Assembly: GCF_006345805.1 (NCBI RefSeq)
Contig: NW_021832863.1
Location: forward strand, 1-64,000
DNA length: 64,000 nt
Direction: 5' to 3'
Source of the DNA: Octopus sinensis
Lineage: Eukaryota
Shown: positions 38,725-51,618 of the stretch, in pieces
Layout: every line of letters starts with the position of its first letter
Numbering within the stretch: the first letter of the stretch is position 1
Position numbers and translations under genes: made by a program
Notes under the pieces: model-generated
Seen by the model: only the letters and a program-made list of their open reading frames with translations
The model's database searches: none
What the model was told of the DNA's origin: nothing

Positions 38725-39504
38725 TTTTTCAACACCAGGATGTAGTATGGCTGGAACAAATCCACAAGAAATAGTGTTGCTGCATTTTATCGAAATACAT
38801 ACAATAACAATAGTTGTAATCTTGAGACAGTGAAAACTACTTCAGGAGAGGAGAGCAATACAACAGACTTGATTATTGATTTCTGATAGAAAGAATCGAC
38901 CTTCTGTTGGATTTACGAATTTACTTTTTACCATTGGGGTGTGGCTATACGAAGCCGACTGTCTTTGGCAGAAATGAATCAGGTACCACACACACATACA
39001 CACACACACATACACACACAAAACAAAGGAAAATAAACAAAGTTACGAGGTTACAACTACTGACCAATAACATGCCAAAATATAATGAAAAAATTGTATA
39101 CGTTTTGTCTGAATCTATTCCTCTAGAATCATTGTGTTAGCAACAATATCATGACAGTCTGCTAGGAAGACAGGGGAGTGAGCTAGGGATGTAATGAACA
39201 TCTTCTAATCACCAGAAGTGCGGTACTGGGTGTGCAACGAAATAGGAGTTCGGTTAAAGTCTGGTTCCGTCACAAGTCAACGTTCGGAATTCCGCAGTAA
39301 AATTTCTGGAAAAATATTAACAGCTAATGTCTTATAATTAGCTGGAAGCTCTGTTAGTGACAGCAATATGACAAGTGAGAATCCATGTGATGGAATATAA
39401 CTGGTTGTTGCAATAAGAGCAGTTTCTGGCTGAAACAAAGACGAAATTGCGAGTGCAAGATGAATTCGTTTGTGCCGTGTTGAGAATATGTCTGGTTATT
39501 TTTC

Positions 39505-39755
39505 TTCTGCGCCCTTTTAAAGCCTAACCAGGCTTATGGGCCCGGTTTCTCGGTTTCAATGGCGTATGTGTTCCCCAGCTGGACGGGATGCTAGTCCATC
39601 GCAGTGTTACTCATTTTTGCCAGCTGAGTGGACTGAAGCAACGTGAAATGAAGTGTTTTGCTCAAGAACACAACGCGTCTCCCGGTCCAGGAATCGAAAC
39701 CACAATCTTACGATCATGATGCTGACAGCCTAACCACTGAGCCACGCGCTTCCAC
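39505..39755 (-). mobile_element. SINE, head H2 + tail T2
   Basis: Homologous to 23815; TSD TCTGGTTAT. Confidence 0.9.
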
Positions 39756-40739
39756 ATTTCTGGTTATACTGGATGAAATATTTCTTGCTTCCGGTGCCTC
39801 TAGATTAAACGGGACAAGAAAGTGGAGTTTGACCGTTCCTAGGTTACCAGGAGTTGGGGTGCGAGTCGCCATGTGCACTACCATCTAGGAATGTGAGAAA
39901 ACCTTCATTGGACAGGTACTTTAATTTTAGCAGTAACAGCTTTGTATTTGGCAGGGGTGTGCGTGGATAAATGTTTCATTCTGACGTAGAGCGCGTTGTT
40001 TGAAGCAATGTTGTCTTGGCGCGTGTAGCTCAGTTCAATATTATGCAAATTAAAGTTTGTAGTATTTATGTGTGTTTGGGAAACGCTACTTAGAGATAAA
40101 AAGTTCATGATTATATTCATAAAGAATGTACTTTGAAAGGAAGGGGAAACTAGCAATTCTCTTTCTGTCTTCAGCTTCTTCTTACTCAGGCCAATCCTCC
40201 GTACCGATTTGCTCTATTAGAGTGCGATTATATCGAAGATATCGCAATTAGAGGACAGACTATAAGTTCATCAACTGATATCGGCTGATAAGTTAATTAT
40301 TGATGGGTTGGAGTGAATGTAATTTTTATTTACACTATCTAGTGTTTTTTTGATTTTCTGTAGTGAGAATTTGGTATGCACACCTCATATATATATATCT
40401 TTCGAAGGATGTAAGCTTAAGTGTGAAAACTGAAAAAAGTTGTGCTTTTCAAACTAAGTCTCTTGTATTATTCTTATGCCTCAAGCTGGATGCACAATCC
40501 TTCACTCCTAGAAATGCAATAAATTTATCATCGGTTAGCGGAAAGTCTGTGACAAAGGACGCTATTATTCACCAAAGAAAATATTAAAAAAAATTAACTC
40601 TCTTGGTCGTTTGGCAACACTTGATGTGACATATCTTATCTTTCACAAAGATAAGGCACATCATAGAAGTGGTATATATATATATATATATATATATATC
40701 CTTCGCCATGATAAAGCTCTAGCCACTACACATACTTTA

Positions 40740-40895
40740 TTTTCTCTCCTTGTTTCTTTCTGTGTTCCTTCCTGTGGAAGAGCGTAGGCTCGAAACGTTA
40801 AAGACTTTTTCACTTCCCGAGCGTTATACTAATACATCTGTTTGTTGTCTACACCACATGTCTTCGTCTTTTGTTTTTAGTGTGAATTCCCCCTA
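40740..40895 (+). mobile_element. Short PLE-pLTR-like repeat with a minimal hammerhead-like motif (40767-40804)
   Basis: CTGTGGAA-GAGC-GTAG-GCTC-GAAACGTT-AAAGA; flanked by (TA)n. Confidence 0.72.
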
Positions 40896-40913
40896 TATAT
40901 ATATATATATATC

Positions 40914-40993
<80 letters not shown>

Positions 40994-41004
40994 TATATAT
41001 ATAT

Positions 41005-41122
41005 TGGCCTGCTCGCTTAGCCAGCGGGGTGGCGTCAGTTGAAGTCTAAAAAAAATGCGAAGCGCATTGTGACCAGTTATGTGTAACAACATCTGATAGT
41101 CTGGTCGGTCACGTGATCACGT
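41005..41122 (+). mobile_element. Short GC-richer insert in (TA)n, probably a retroelement 3' end
   Basis: Unique island ending GTCACGTGATCACGT between microsatellites. Confidence 0.4.
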
Positions 41123-41134
41123 ATTATACATATT

Positions 41135-41167
<33 letters not shown>

Positions 41168-41371
41168 ATTTATGTGTCATTTACAGCTACTTCAACATAT
41201 TTTATCGTGTAGTGTTACGACAGTGGGCCGTACTGTTTCGAAGTAGATAACCTCGTACTCTCGCCCGTCAAAAACACACCAGCCACTTGTCCTGTCCTGT
41301 CTCCCTCATTACTGCCAACGCCAACCTTATCGTATCTTAACGTCAAGATCTCCCCAAAACAATTCACCATT

Positions 41372-41582
41372 CTTTTCTACTCTAGGCACAAGGCTCGAAA
41401 TTTTTGGGGAGGGAGGCCAGTCGATTAGATCTACCCCAGTACGCAACTGGTACTTAATTTATCGAACCCGAAAGGATGAAAGGCAAAGTCGACCTCGGCG
41501 AAATTTGAACTCAGAAGTAAAGACCGACGAAATACCGTTTGGCATTTCGCCCGGTGTGCTAACGTTTCTGCCAGCTCGCCTC
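41372..41582 (-). mobile_element. SINE family B with alternative tail
   Basis: Same head and core; tail TTTCTACTCTAGGCACAAGG as at 63192 and 63607. Confidence 0.88.
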
Positions 41583-41680
41583 CTACAATTCGTCAGCCAT
41601 TTATCTCGAGAACTGTAACCATCCGGAATTCTGTTTGCATTTATATGCCTTTCTGGAAACATTGACCAGTAAATGTTTAA

Positions 41681-41899
41681 CCCTTTCGTTACCAACTCTG
41701 CTGAAACCGCCTCTGGCTCTGAGTAAAAATGTCTTGCTTTCGTAAGTTTTGAATTAAAATTTTCCCCCAAACATTAGTCAGAATTAATTTTCCTAATACT
41801 AGCTCAATGATAACTGAGTTATTTTACTAAATTCTTTGTTATATTTAAAATAATTGAGAGAAACACAGAGTACCTCAAAATAATACAGAAACGAAAGGG
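41681..41899. mobile_element. piggyBac-type MITE
   Basis: TTAA|CCCTTTCGTT ... AACGAAAGGG|TTAA. Confidence 0.88.
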
Positions 41900-41949
41900 T
41901 TAAGCTGAAGTCTGCATCAATATCACTTGAGAGGATCTGCAACGTTAAG

Positions 41950-42258
41950 TTTGGTTTGTTCCTTCTTGAGCCATGCCTGGCTAATAAGGGCCGGTTACCT
42001 GGTTTCCTTGGCGTATACGTTCCCCACCTGGACGGCACGCTGGTCCGTCGCAGGTGAGCTGCAAGATGCAGGAGGAAAGAGTGAGAGAAAGTTGTGGCGA
42101 AAGAATCAGCAGAAGTTTCGCCATTACCTTCTGCCGGAGCCGCGTGGAAGCTTAGGTGTTTCGCTCATAAACACACACATCGCCCGGTCTGAGATTCGAA
42201 CCCGCGATCCCTCGACCACGAGTGCGCTGCTCTAACCACTAGGCCATCTGCCTCCACC
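41950..42258 (-). mobile_element. SINE family C variant (tail T3)
   Basis: Homologous to 9885 and 52272; TSD CGTTAAGT. Confidence 0.9.
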
Positions 42259-43070
42259 CACCGTTAAGTCATGAATTATGAGCTGCATGTTCCAGATACG
42301 ATAAGAAGTTAGTACTAACGAAAATGTTGGTGAGTTGTTTGACCTCATTTTGGACCCAGAAAAATTCTATAGTATTGTACACTTAGCTGCACGTACACAA
42401 CGATTGTAAATGGAAACATTCTAAAATGAGGATAATATTTCAGCTTTTTAGTTGGGCAAGTGTTAAAGATGAATAAAATTCCACCTATAAGTTTGTTATA
42501 GACACTGTGTGAAGAACACTTTACTGGTGATATTTTGATGACGGAGAATACGATGAATGGTGAAGCCTATTTCCATATTGCCTCTGACAGATCGCTGTGT
42601 CGGAGGACATCTAATTAAACTTTGAATAACAATTCAGCAATTTACATCTGAGAGATCGCATTCTGATTCCGCCACGTCTGTCAGAATCTTTGATAAAAGA
42701 ACTGAAGTGACGAGTGTAACGATATTGAAAGATACCTAAAAATACGGATCTGATCGATATTCTAAAGTATTTCCTACAAAACAGATACTTAATAATTCCG
42801 GGAAACAATCGTCTGACATTAAATAATATCGATTCTGACATGACTTACCTTGTTGTTCTTGGGGAAAATATAGACTTCTAGCTAGAAATGTCTTATATAC
42901 TACATTTCCATTTCTTAATTTACGATGTGTAGGTGGCATTTTCTAATAAAAATGATATTCCCGAAATAATTTTCGAGATAATGTAGTAGAGGTTAAAGAA
43001 TATTGAAGTCAGCAATATAGACTTAACCGAAAACAATATACAGACCGTCAATGCCCGTGTGGTTATCGTG

Positions 43071-43115
43071 ATATAAATATATCCGCAAGCACAACATGCC
43101 TATATATATATATAA

Positions 43116-43158
<43 letters not shown>

Positions 43159-43221
43159 GGTTATATATATATATATGGTTATATATATATAGGCATGTTG
43201 TGCTTGCGGATATATTTATAT
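43071..43221. repeat. Fold-back palindrome around (TA)n
   Basis: ATATCCGCAAGCACAACATGCCTAT and its exact reverse complement ATAGGCATGTTGTGCTTGCGGATAT. Confidence 0.92.
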
Positions 43222-43407
43222 ATATATATAAACACATACATATATATATATATAGAAACATATACATATATATGTATATATATATAGAAACATATATATG
43301 TATATATATATAGAGAAACATATACATATATATGTATATATATATAGAAACATATATATGTATATATATATAGAGAGAAACATATATATGTATATATATA
43401 GAGAGAA

Positions 43408-43455
<48 letters not shown>

Positions 43456-43457
<2 letters not shown>

Positions 43458-43762
43458 ACGGGAAGCTTTATGAAAATAAACAAAAGACGAAGGCAGGTGG
43501 AAAACAAACGAACAATTGTATTAGTATGGCGCTCAGGAAATATAAATAAAACAAGTCTTTAACGTTTCGAGCCTACGCTCTTCAACAGAAAGATACACAG
43601 AGAGAGAAAAACACAGAAGGAGAGAAAAAAAATGCGTGCAGTAGCTAACGAATCAACATGGCGATCTGATTTCGGCCAGAGGTCAAAGATCAAACATGAG
43701 ATGCGAGAGCGAAATAAGGGGAGATATAAGAGAAAATAAAAATACAACAAACGGGACAGTTT
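43456..43762 (-). mobile_element. PLE-pLTR-like repeat in (TA)n with a minimal hammerhead-like motif (43556-43593)
   Basis: Minus strand TCTTT-CTGTTGAA-GAGC-GTAG-GCTC-GAAACGTT-AAAGA. Confidence 0.75.
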
Positions 43763-44244
43763 ATATATATATATATATAAACATATATATATGTGTATGT
43801 CTGTATGTATATACTTACATATGCATAGATGTATATATATATGCATATATATGTGTGTGTATGTATATATATGTCAATATCAATATATCTACACACACAC
43901 CTTCTCAATTATTCTCTTCTCAAGTTAAAACTGCCAACGAAACGGATCTCTTTCAACACCTTTAGCAATAATTCTTTCATTCCTCTCTCTACTCTCTATT
44001 TATCGCCATCTCTGCCAATATACACGTAGAAATATATCAAGGAAACCTTATCTGAGTAATTTAAAACTTCATTTCTCTGTCACATCGTCCTGTGTTCTGT
44101 TTATACTATGGTGCGGTGGTGAAGCACGCTCAACTATTTGCTAACAGAGTTTCGTGTTGTTTAAAACATTTCCAGTGAAACAATAGAATTGTCTGTCTGC
44201 TGACACCAGTACCGGAGTAAGAAAGCCAGGTTCGATTCCAGGTC

Positions 44245-44880
44245 AAAGAAAAAGACAATCAGCTAGCATTCCGGGACGTATTAATAACACGCACCAAGTA
44301 TGGATTCAGGACGTCCGTGTACTGCAAGCCGACCATCACTGGACGATACCCCAACTTCAACTCCCACTATCCATACAGTGTAAAGAGAGGGATTGCTCAG
44401 TGTCTAAAACATCGAGTAGTGAATATAAGTAGCGATCGTAATACCCATCACGAAGAAATGGTCACGTTCAATAACAATCTATTAAGCAACAACTACCCCC
44501 AAAACATACTATCTACTCTAATTATGAAGAAAAGAGGGGATGAAACCAATAAAATGTCCACAGTCTGTCTACCTATGTGAAAGGCCTCTCCGAAAAGATA
44601 CAAAAGATATGCGGCCCATATGACATCAGGACAGTATTCAAAAGTGATACAAAACTTCGCAAATATCTCCTTCGAGTAAAACCACCAATAGAAAAGAATA
44701 TGACTAAGAACTGCGCGTACACCAGCCCATGGAGCTGTGGTAGGTTATACTAAGGTGAAACATGCCACCCCCTCAAAATAAGAGTAGAGGAACACCGCAA
44801 AGCTGTGACACAGGGAGATATTGATAAATCGGGTATAACTGATCATGTATGGAAAAATGGAGACCACCTCTCCCTTCTAT
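44245..44880 (+). mobile_element. Penelope/Poseidon-like element fragment (RT C-terminus plus GIY-YIG)
   Basis: EKDNQLAFRDVLITR..TSVYCKPTITGRYPNFNSHYP..KRGI; VCLP-YVKGLSEKI; CAYTSPWSCGRLY*GETCHPLKIRVEEH..SGITDH. Confidence 0.92.
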
Positions 44881-45205
44881 TATGAGACCCATAATAGAAA
44901 AGAACATTCAATTTGTTACCATTTAAACTTCTTAGTATATGAAATTGTATGAATACATCTTCGTAGCTGAAATTTTGACAAGTGCTACCACTTGGAAAGG
45001 CGGAGTCCATTATTGTATCTCCCTGGGAGATGGAAAACACGTCGAGTAAGGTCACGAAAAAGCACCCCTGAACATGTCATAAGGCCTTAACCCATGTGAT
45101 ATTTTGTGTGATCTGTTATTTTTAGCTCCAGAGCAAATAAATAAATAAATAAATAATTATCAGTCAATAAATAATTATCAGTCAATGTCCGCAATAGCCA
45201 CTGCA

Positions 45206-45535
45206 AAAGTTACTGAGAGAAAAAAATAATTAATTTCCAGTAATTATATAAATTAGCATGTTATGTTGAATTGTTTTTTTAAACTTGAGAATAAAATTAT
45301 ATTTTAGGTTCTATTTTAGTTTATTTTTTTATGTGTGTAGTTTTATGAAGCTCAACTTGAACCATCTTCTAACTGGGAGGTAAAAAAATCCGAGTTAATT
45401 AATTTCCCCGGGCAAAATGAAAATTAAAGACTGTCAGCATATTTTTAAAGTAATTTGTCCTAAATATAGTGAATTAATGTAATTATGCTTATTTTCGATA
45501 TTAATAAAATCAAAGTTGGGTATGTCTGTTCGCTT
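45206..45535 (+). repeat. Local direct duplication, copy 1 (~330 bp)
   Basis: Aligns by eye with 46493-46827. Confidence 0.9.
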
Positions 45536-45665
45536 CTGTATAAGGATATCTTTTTTTTTAATGTGCTGTAATATTTGACGTAGTATTTCTCTTATTTCTA
45601 GCAGGTCGAGAAATTGTATAGATGCTCCCTCACTTGTTTTTTTTTATGTAGTTTCTTACAGTGTT

Positions 45666-46062
45666 CTATTTCTTTAATGCCCACAAGGGGCTAAACACAG
45701 AGAGAACAAACAAGGACAGAGAAACGGATTAAGCCGATTATATCGACTCCAGTGTGTAACTGGTACTTAATTTATCGACCCCGAAAGGATGAAAGGCAAA
45801 GTCGATCTCGGCGGAATTTGAACTCAGAACGTAACGGCAGAAGAAATACCTATTTCTTTACTGCCCACAAGGGGCTAAACACAGAGAGGACAAACAAGGA
45901 CAGACATAGGTATTAAGTCGATTATATCGACCCCAGGCCGTAACTGGTACTTAATTTATTGACCCCGAAAGGATGAAAGGCCAAGTCGACCTCGGCGGAA
46001 TTTGAACTCAGAACGTAACGGCAGACGAAATACGGCAACGCATTTCGCCCGGCGTGCTAACG
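45666..46062 (-). mobile_element. SINE family B dimer
   Basis: Two tandem units joined at GAAATACCTATTTC. Confidence 0.9.
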
Positions 46063-46251
46063 TGCTGCAAATATTAATATAGTTATTAACTTCCCAATCT
46101 CCATTTTCTTCTTTTAAACGAATATAAAATATATTCTTTTATAAATACCTATTATTTTAAGGAAATTCATTTCCCTCAGATATTAGGTATTGAACCAACA
46201 TTTCCTTGGTTGAAACCATCCCTTCCTGAGGTTAACACAACCTCTAATTAA

Positions 46252-46450
<199 letters not shown>

Positions 46451-46492
46451 TATCTTATCTATATATTTAGGGGTTTCACACACATTCTGTCT

Positions 46493-46827
46493 AAAGTTAC
46501 TGAGAGAAAAAATAATTAATCTTCAATAATTATATAAATTAGCATGATATTTTGGATTGTCTTTTTAAACTTGAGAATAAAATTATATTTTAGGTTCTAT
46601 TTTATTTTATTTTTTTTTATGTGTGTATTTTTATGAAGCTCAACTTGAACTATCTTCTGACTGTGAAGTAAAAAAATCCGAGTTAATTAATTTCCCCGGG
46701 CAAAATCAAAATGAATGATTGTCAGCATATTTTTAAAGTAATTTATCCTAAATATAGGGAATTCATGTAATTCTGCTTATTTTCGATATTAATAAAATCA
46801 AACAAAGTTGGGTATGGCTGTTCGCTT
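46493..46827 (+). repeat. Local direct duplication, copy 2
   Basis: Aligns by eye with 45206-45535. Confidence 0.9.
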
Positions 46828-46844
46828 GGGTATGTAACCGCACG

Positions 46845-47022
46845 TGCAATGTTGGCGTTTTTTCCTTAGTTTTCCTTCTTTCTCTTTGGACTTTCCTGTT
46901 TCCGATGAAGAGCTATGCTCGAAACGTTAACAACTCCTTCCATTCACCGAGCGTCAAACTAATATATTTCATTTCATGTGCACGTCCTCGCGTTCATTTT
47001 CTTCTTTTTCCTCTGTTTATGT
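46845..47022 (+). mobile_element. pLTR-like repeat with a minimal hammerhead-like motif (46897-46932)
   Basis: TGTTT-CCGATGAA-GAGC-TAT-GCTC-GAAACGTT-AACA. Confidence 0.65.
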
Positions 47023-47731
47023 ACACACACACACACACACACACACACATAGGGATTTCACACATTTTCCGTCTAACAAATTTGCTGCATTTGGAAACAA
47101 TCAGTTCTGCTGTCGCTAACGTGATTATTGTTACTGAACGAACAGAAACAAAAAGATGTATATAATGTGATCATCCTGCCATTCCCTTTAGGGATTGTAT
47201 ATCTAGGGGCTACTTTCTCTGATATGGCCATCCATTTTTTGTTTAACGATGGCTGGTTGTAAAAGTGAGGGAGAATTCAGTATTAGTTACACCAGGTCGG
47301 GCAATAATAGAAACTCCCTCCATTGTTGTTTAGTTTCGTGGATTATTGATGTTTCTCTAGTTTAGAGTCCAGGTTATACAGGTTATGCAGACCTGTCATC
47401 AAATTCGTTCCAGTGACAACACCACTATTCTTGTTTTCGAAATAAAAAAGGGCTTACATTATGCAATGTTTCGTGTACTTTCTACAGACGTTTCGATGCG
47501 GATTGCGGAAGATTTGGTTGCCATTTCTACAAAGTCGTGCATTTTGTCAGAAGTTTAGTTGCCGGAAGTCGAGTAAAATTTTGGCAAATCTTTTATACAG
47601 TACTGTGTTGTTAGTATATGTGTGATGCGCTTCTAAAAAAAGTGGAGGGTGGGAAAGTTAGTCCACCCAGGGAGGAAATTAAACGAGTTAAAGGCAAATT
47701 ACTGGTATCAAATTATTTTAAAATTAGTTCT

Positions 47732-47961
47732 CTTTTAATCTTTTACTCTTTTACTTGTTTCAGTCATTTGACTGAGGGCATGCTGGAGCAACACCTTTAG
47801 CCGAGCAAATCGACTCCAGAACTTATTCTTTGTAAGCATAGTACTTATTCTATCGGTCTCTTTTGCCAAACCGCACCAGTATTTGTTGTAAACACACCAG
47901 CATCGTTTGTCAAGCAATGCTAGGGGGACAAACACAGACACACAAACATATACACACACTT

Positions 47962-47990
<29 letters not shown>
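47732..47990 (-). mobile_element. SINE family A 3' half (5' half at 51374-51618)
   Basis: Collinear with the 5543-5950 copy; shared TSD TAGTTCT. Confidence 0.85.
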
Positions 47991-47992
<2 letters not shown>

Positions 47993-49994
47993 GTGAAATA
48001 GAAAGATGAATAATCTTGTAGTAGATTAATCAAAAGTTTAACCGATACCTTAGTAGCAAAAATCACAGCAGTGAACAGCACGGTTGGAGTACAAACCCTG
48101 GCGTTGCAACCGTGCGTTGGTGCGGATAATTGAAATTAAAACATTATTGGTGAATTGAAGAAATGGGCTGAACGCAGATTGAACAGAAATCGTTTTATTT
48201 CATTCTACACGTGTTTCGAAAGGCACAAATTACCAAATCCGATTGAATAATGGGACCATATTGTGTCTTTCTCTTCAGGAGAAAAAAGGAAATCCGTTGG
48301 AAAAACAAAAACAGAACAGAGGCAGAGCAAAAAACAAATCGAACTGTGCTCCTAAGAGCCCATGGCGAAACTGTTTATCAGTGTATGTGAGAACCGGTGG
48401 CTGAAGAATTCAACAGGTCAGGCATCGGTCAATCATGTGGGTGAGGGGTATAGATGTTCTTTGTGACCGAGAATAAAGTTCTGACTATTTAAAGAATATG
48501 GATGTTTTATAAGGGGCGAGAAAAAATCTACTTAGAGACGTGTGTGTGTGTATACTGTTCTATATATGTGTGTGTTGGCGTAGGGGTAGAAAACATTTTT
48601 TGTGTACGTGTGTGCGTTTGATCGTTCGGCTGTCAGTGGCTACTGCCGTGATAACCGTTGGGTGGCAGAAAAAAAAAATAAAGAATTATATATTATATTA
48701 TGTTTTATGTGTGTGTGGTGTGTGTTCATCTGAGCCTGCCTTGACAAGGAAACCCCCGCTGTGAAAAACAAGCCCCGTTTGTCTTACAGGAGTAATTTCC
48801 CTTGCAGTGGTTAATTGTAGATATCTTAAAATCTATTTCAGAATTTGTTACCAAGGGCTATGGGTGCCGGTCTTATTTATAAACGCTATTTAAAGGCCAG
48901 ATAAGTGTAACGCCGCCAATGGGGGCATCGAAAAGCCGACTGTAAGAGCCCGTTTACCATCCGGCCTCTGGCAAACAAATATGGAAGAGTTCGGAGACAC
49001 AAAGGTTGCACTGTCTTCTGCCCCTATCAAATGGGAGGGCCACCGACAAAATTGACCATTCCAGCCTATAGCTTAAGTTCGCATCCTTCAGTCGCCATAT
49101 TAGCTTACTGAGTCCCGTGGTCTGGCGCTTGTTCACGTCCCGAAAAGTTGCGTAATGGTTGGAGACACGCAAAGACAATCTTGAGGATGATGCCCCTATA
49201 TAAGTGAAGGCATCTGAGTCCGTGTAAACCTTGCATTGGTAGACGGCGTTTTTGATCTTGGAGTTCGCTGACGTGAATCTTACTCTGCTAGGATTGGTTT
49301 CTGAAATTAGAACTGCGTTCCTGTCACTATATTCGTTCCGAGACCTGCAGCCGCTTACTACTCTATTTTCCACTACGTCACTATTAACTATAGGAATAAC
49401 CCCTGATTCTCCACTACTATCAGAGTGCTGTCATTGCTACTGCCCGTGGTACTGCTATTGCGGGAAATGATGCTGGGATGCTAAAGGGGCTCTCTACCCT
49501 ACTCTCCCATTGTTCCATCAACACACAACACCCCTATTTATAACTATACCCCTAGTGGGTACTCCCTGGCTGGAGCTGAGATTATGTGTCACTGTACTGG
49601 CTCTCATATCATTATTACTACTATAATTATTCCTACTGAGCATTAAACCGGGCGGAAAGAGGCTGTGCCTCCGGAAAAAGGTGTGATAGGGTCTTAGTAA
49701 GTAGCCTATTATTATGGGAGGCGATTATCTGGGCGAGGTTTTTAGTGTTGGAGAAAGCTATCCTAACTTTATGTGAGTTAACCGTGGAGTAATATTGGAA
49801 TTTCTGGGGAGTTATTGGCGATTGCTTGTCTAAACATGAGGGGGGTTAGTTCTAATCTGCTACCAAAGGGGATTACAAACCATATATGCTTATTCCTATC
49901 AGTGTGATGGGTCGGGACGCCACTCTCGCATTTGGGTGGGTGATTCTCGGATGAATAACGGGTCTTGGGTTAGTGTAAGACCTCCCGGACCGAT
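47991..49994 (-). mobile_element. Penelope-like element, 5'-truncated sense copy (linker, GIY-YIG, pLTR)
   Basis: RNKHIWFVIPFG..NSHKVRIAFSNTKNLAQIIASHNNRLL linker; NAVYQCKV..TYIGASS..RVSNHYATFR..LSKLIWRLK..CNLCVSE GIY-YIG domain. Confidence 0.9.
48203..48282 (-). ncRNA. Hammerhead ribozyme motif in the PLE pLTR
   Basis: CTGAAGA-GAAAGACACAA...TTGTGCCTTTC-GAAA-CACGTG-TA. Confidence 0.7.
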
Positions 49995-51373
49995 TTGTGG
50001 TTGATGGTAACAATGGAGTAGGGTAGAGGAGCCCTTTAGCATCCCCAGCATCATTTCCCGCAATAGCAGTACCACGGGCAGTAGCATGACAGCACTCTGA
50101 TAGATAGTGGAGAATCAGGGGTTATTCCTATAGTTAATATGACGTAGTGGAAAATAGAGTAGTAAGCGGCTGCAGGTCTCGAACGAATATAGTGACGGAA
50201 CGCAGTTCTAATTTCAGAAACCAATCCTAGCAGAGTAAGATTCACGTCAGCGAACTCCAAGATCAAAAACGCCCGTCTACCAATGCAAGGTTTACACGGA
50301 CTCAGATGCCTTCACTTATATAGGGGCATCATCCTCAAGATTGTCTTTGCGTGTCTCCAACCATTACGCAACTTTTTTCGGGACGTGAACAAGCGCCAGA
50401 CCACGGGACTCAGTAAGCTAATATGGCGACTGAAGGATGCGAACTTAAGCTATAGGCTGGAATGGTCAATTTTGTCGGTGGCCCTCCCATTTGATAGGGG
50501 CAGAAGACAGTGCAACCTTTGTGTCTCCGAACTCTTCCATATTTTGTTTGCCAGAGGCCGGATGGTAAACGGGCTCTTACAGTCGGCTTTTCGATGCCCC
50601 CATTGGCGGCGTTACACTTATCTGGCCTTAAATAGCGTTTATAATAAGACCGGCACCCATAGCCTTGGTAACAAATTCTGAAATAGATTTTAAGATATCT
50701 ACAATTAACCACTGCAAGGGAAATTACTCCTGTAAGACAAACGGGGCTTGTTTTTTCACAGCGGGGGTTTCCTTGTCAAGGCAGGCTCAGATGAACACAC
50801 ACACACACACAAAAACATAATATATATATATAATTTCTTTATTTTTTTCTTTCTGCCACCCAACGGTTATCACGGCAGTAGCCATGACAGCCGAACGATC
50901 AAACGCACACACGTACACAAAAAATGTTTTCTACCCCTACGCCAACACACACATATATAGAACAGTATACACACACACACGTCTCTAAGTAGATTTTTTC
51001 TCGCCCCTTATAAAACATCCAATATTTTAAATAGTCAGAACTTTATTCTCGGTCACAAAGAACATCTACACCCTCACCCACATGATTGACCGATGCCTGA
51101 CCTGTTGAATTCTTCAGCCACCGGTTCTCAACATACACTGATAAACAGTTCGTCGCCATGGGCTCTTAGGAGCACAGTTCGATTTGTTTTTTGCTCTGCC
51201 TCTGTTCTGTTTTTGTTTTTCAACGGATTTCCTTTTTTCTTCCTGAAGAGAAAGACACAATATGGTCCCATTATTCAATCGGATTTTGGTAATTTGTGCC
51301 TTTCGAAACACGTGTAGAATGAAATAAAACGATTTCTGTTCAATCTGCGTTCAGCTCCATTCTTTAATTCACC
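49995..51373 (+). mobile_element. Inverted copy (pLTR) of 48149-49526
   Basis: Near-identical reverse complement over ~1.38 kb, with the same GIY-YIG peptide. Confidence 0.93.
51237..51323 (+). ncRNA. Hammerhead ribozyme motif in the inverted pLTR
   Basis: TTCTTC-CTGAAGA-stem II-GAAA-CACGTG-TA-GAATGAA. Confidence 0.72.
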
Positions 51374-51418
51374 TATATATATATATACTATATATATTAT
51401 ATATACATACATATATAT

Positions 51419-51462
<44 letters not shown>

Positions 51463-51618
51463 CATATATACGAGGGACTTCTTTCAGTTTCCGTCTACTC
51501 ACAAGGCTTTGGTCGGCTAGAGGCTATAGCAGAAGACACTTGCCCAAGGTGCCACGCAGTGGGACTGAACTCGGAGCCATCTGGCTGGTAAGCAAGCCAC
51601 TTACCACACAGCCACTCC
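51374..51618 (-). mobile_element. SINE family A internal (TA)n and 5' half
   Basis: Head ends CACACAGCCACTCC followed by TSD TAGTTCT. Confidence 0.88.
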
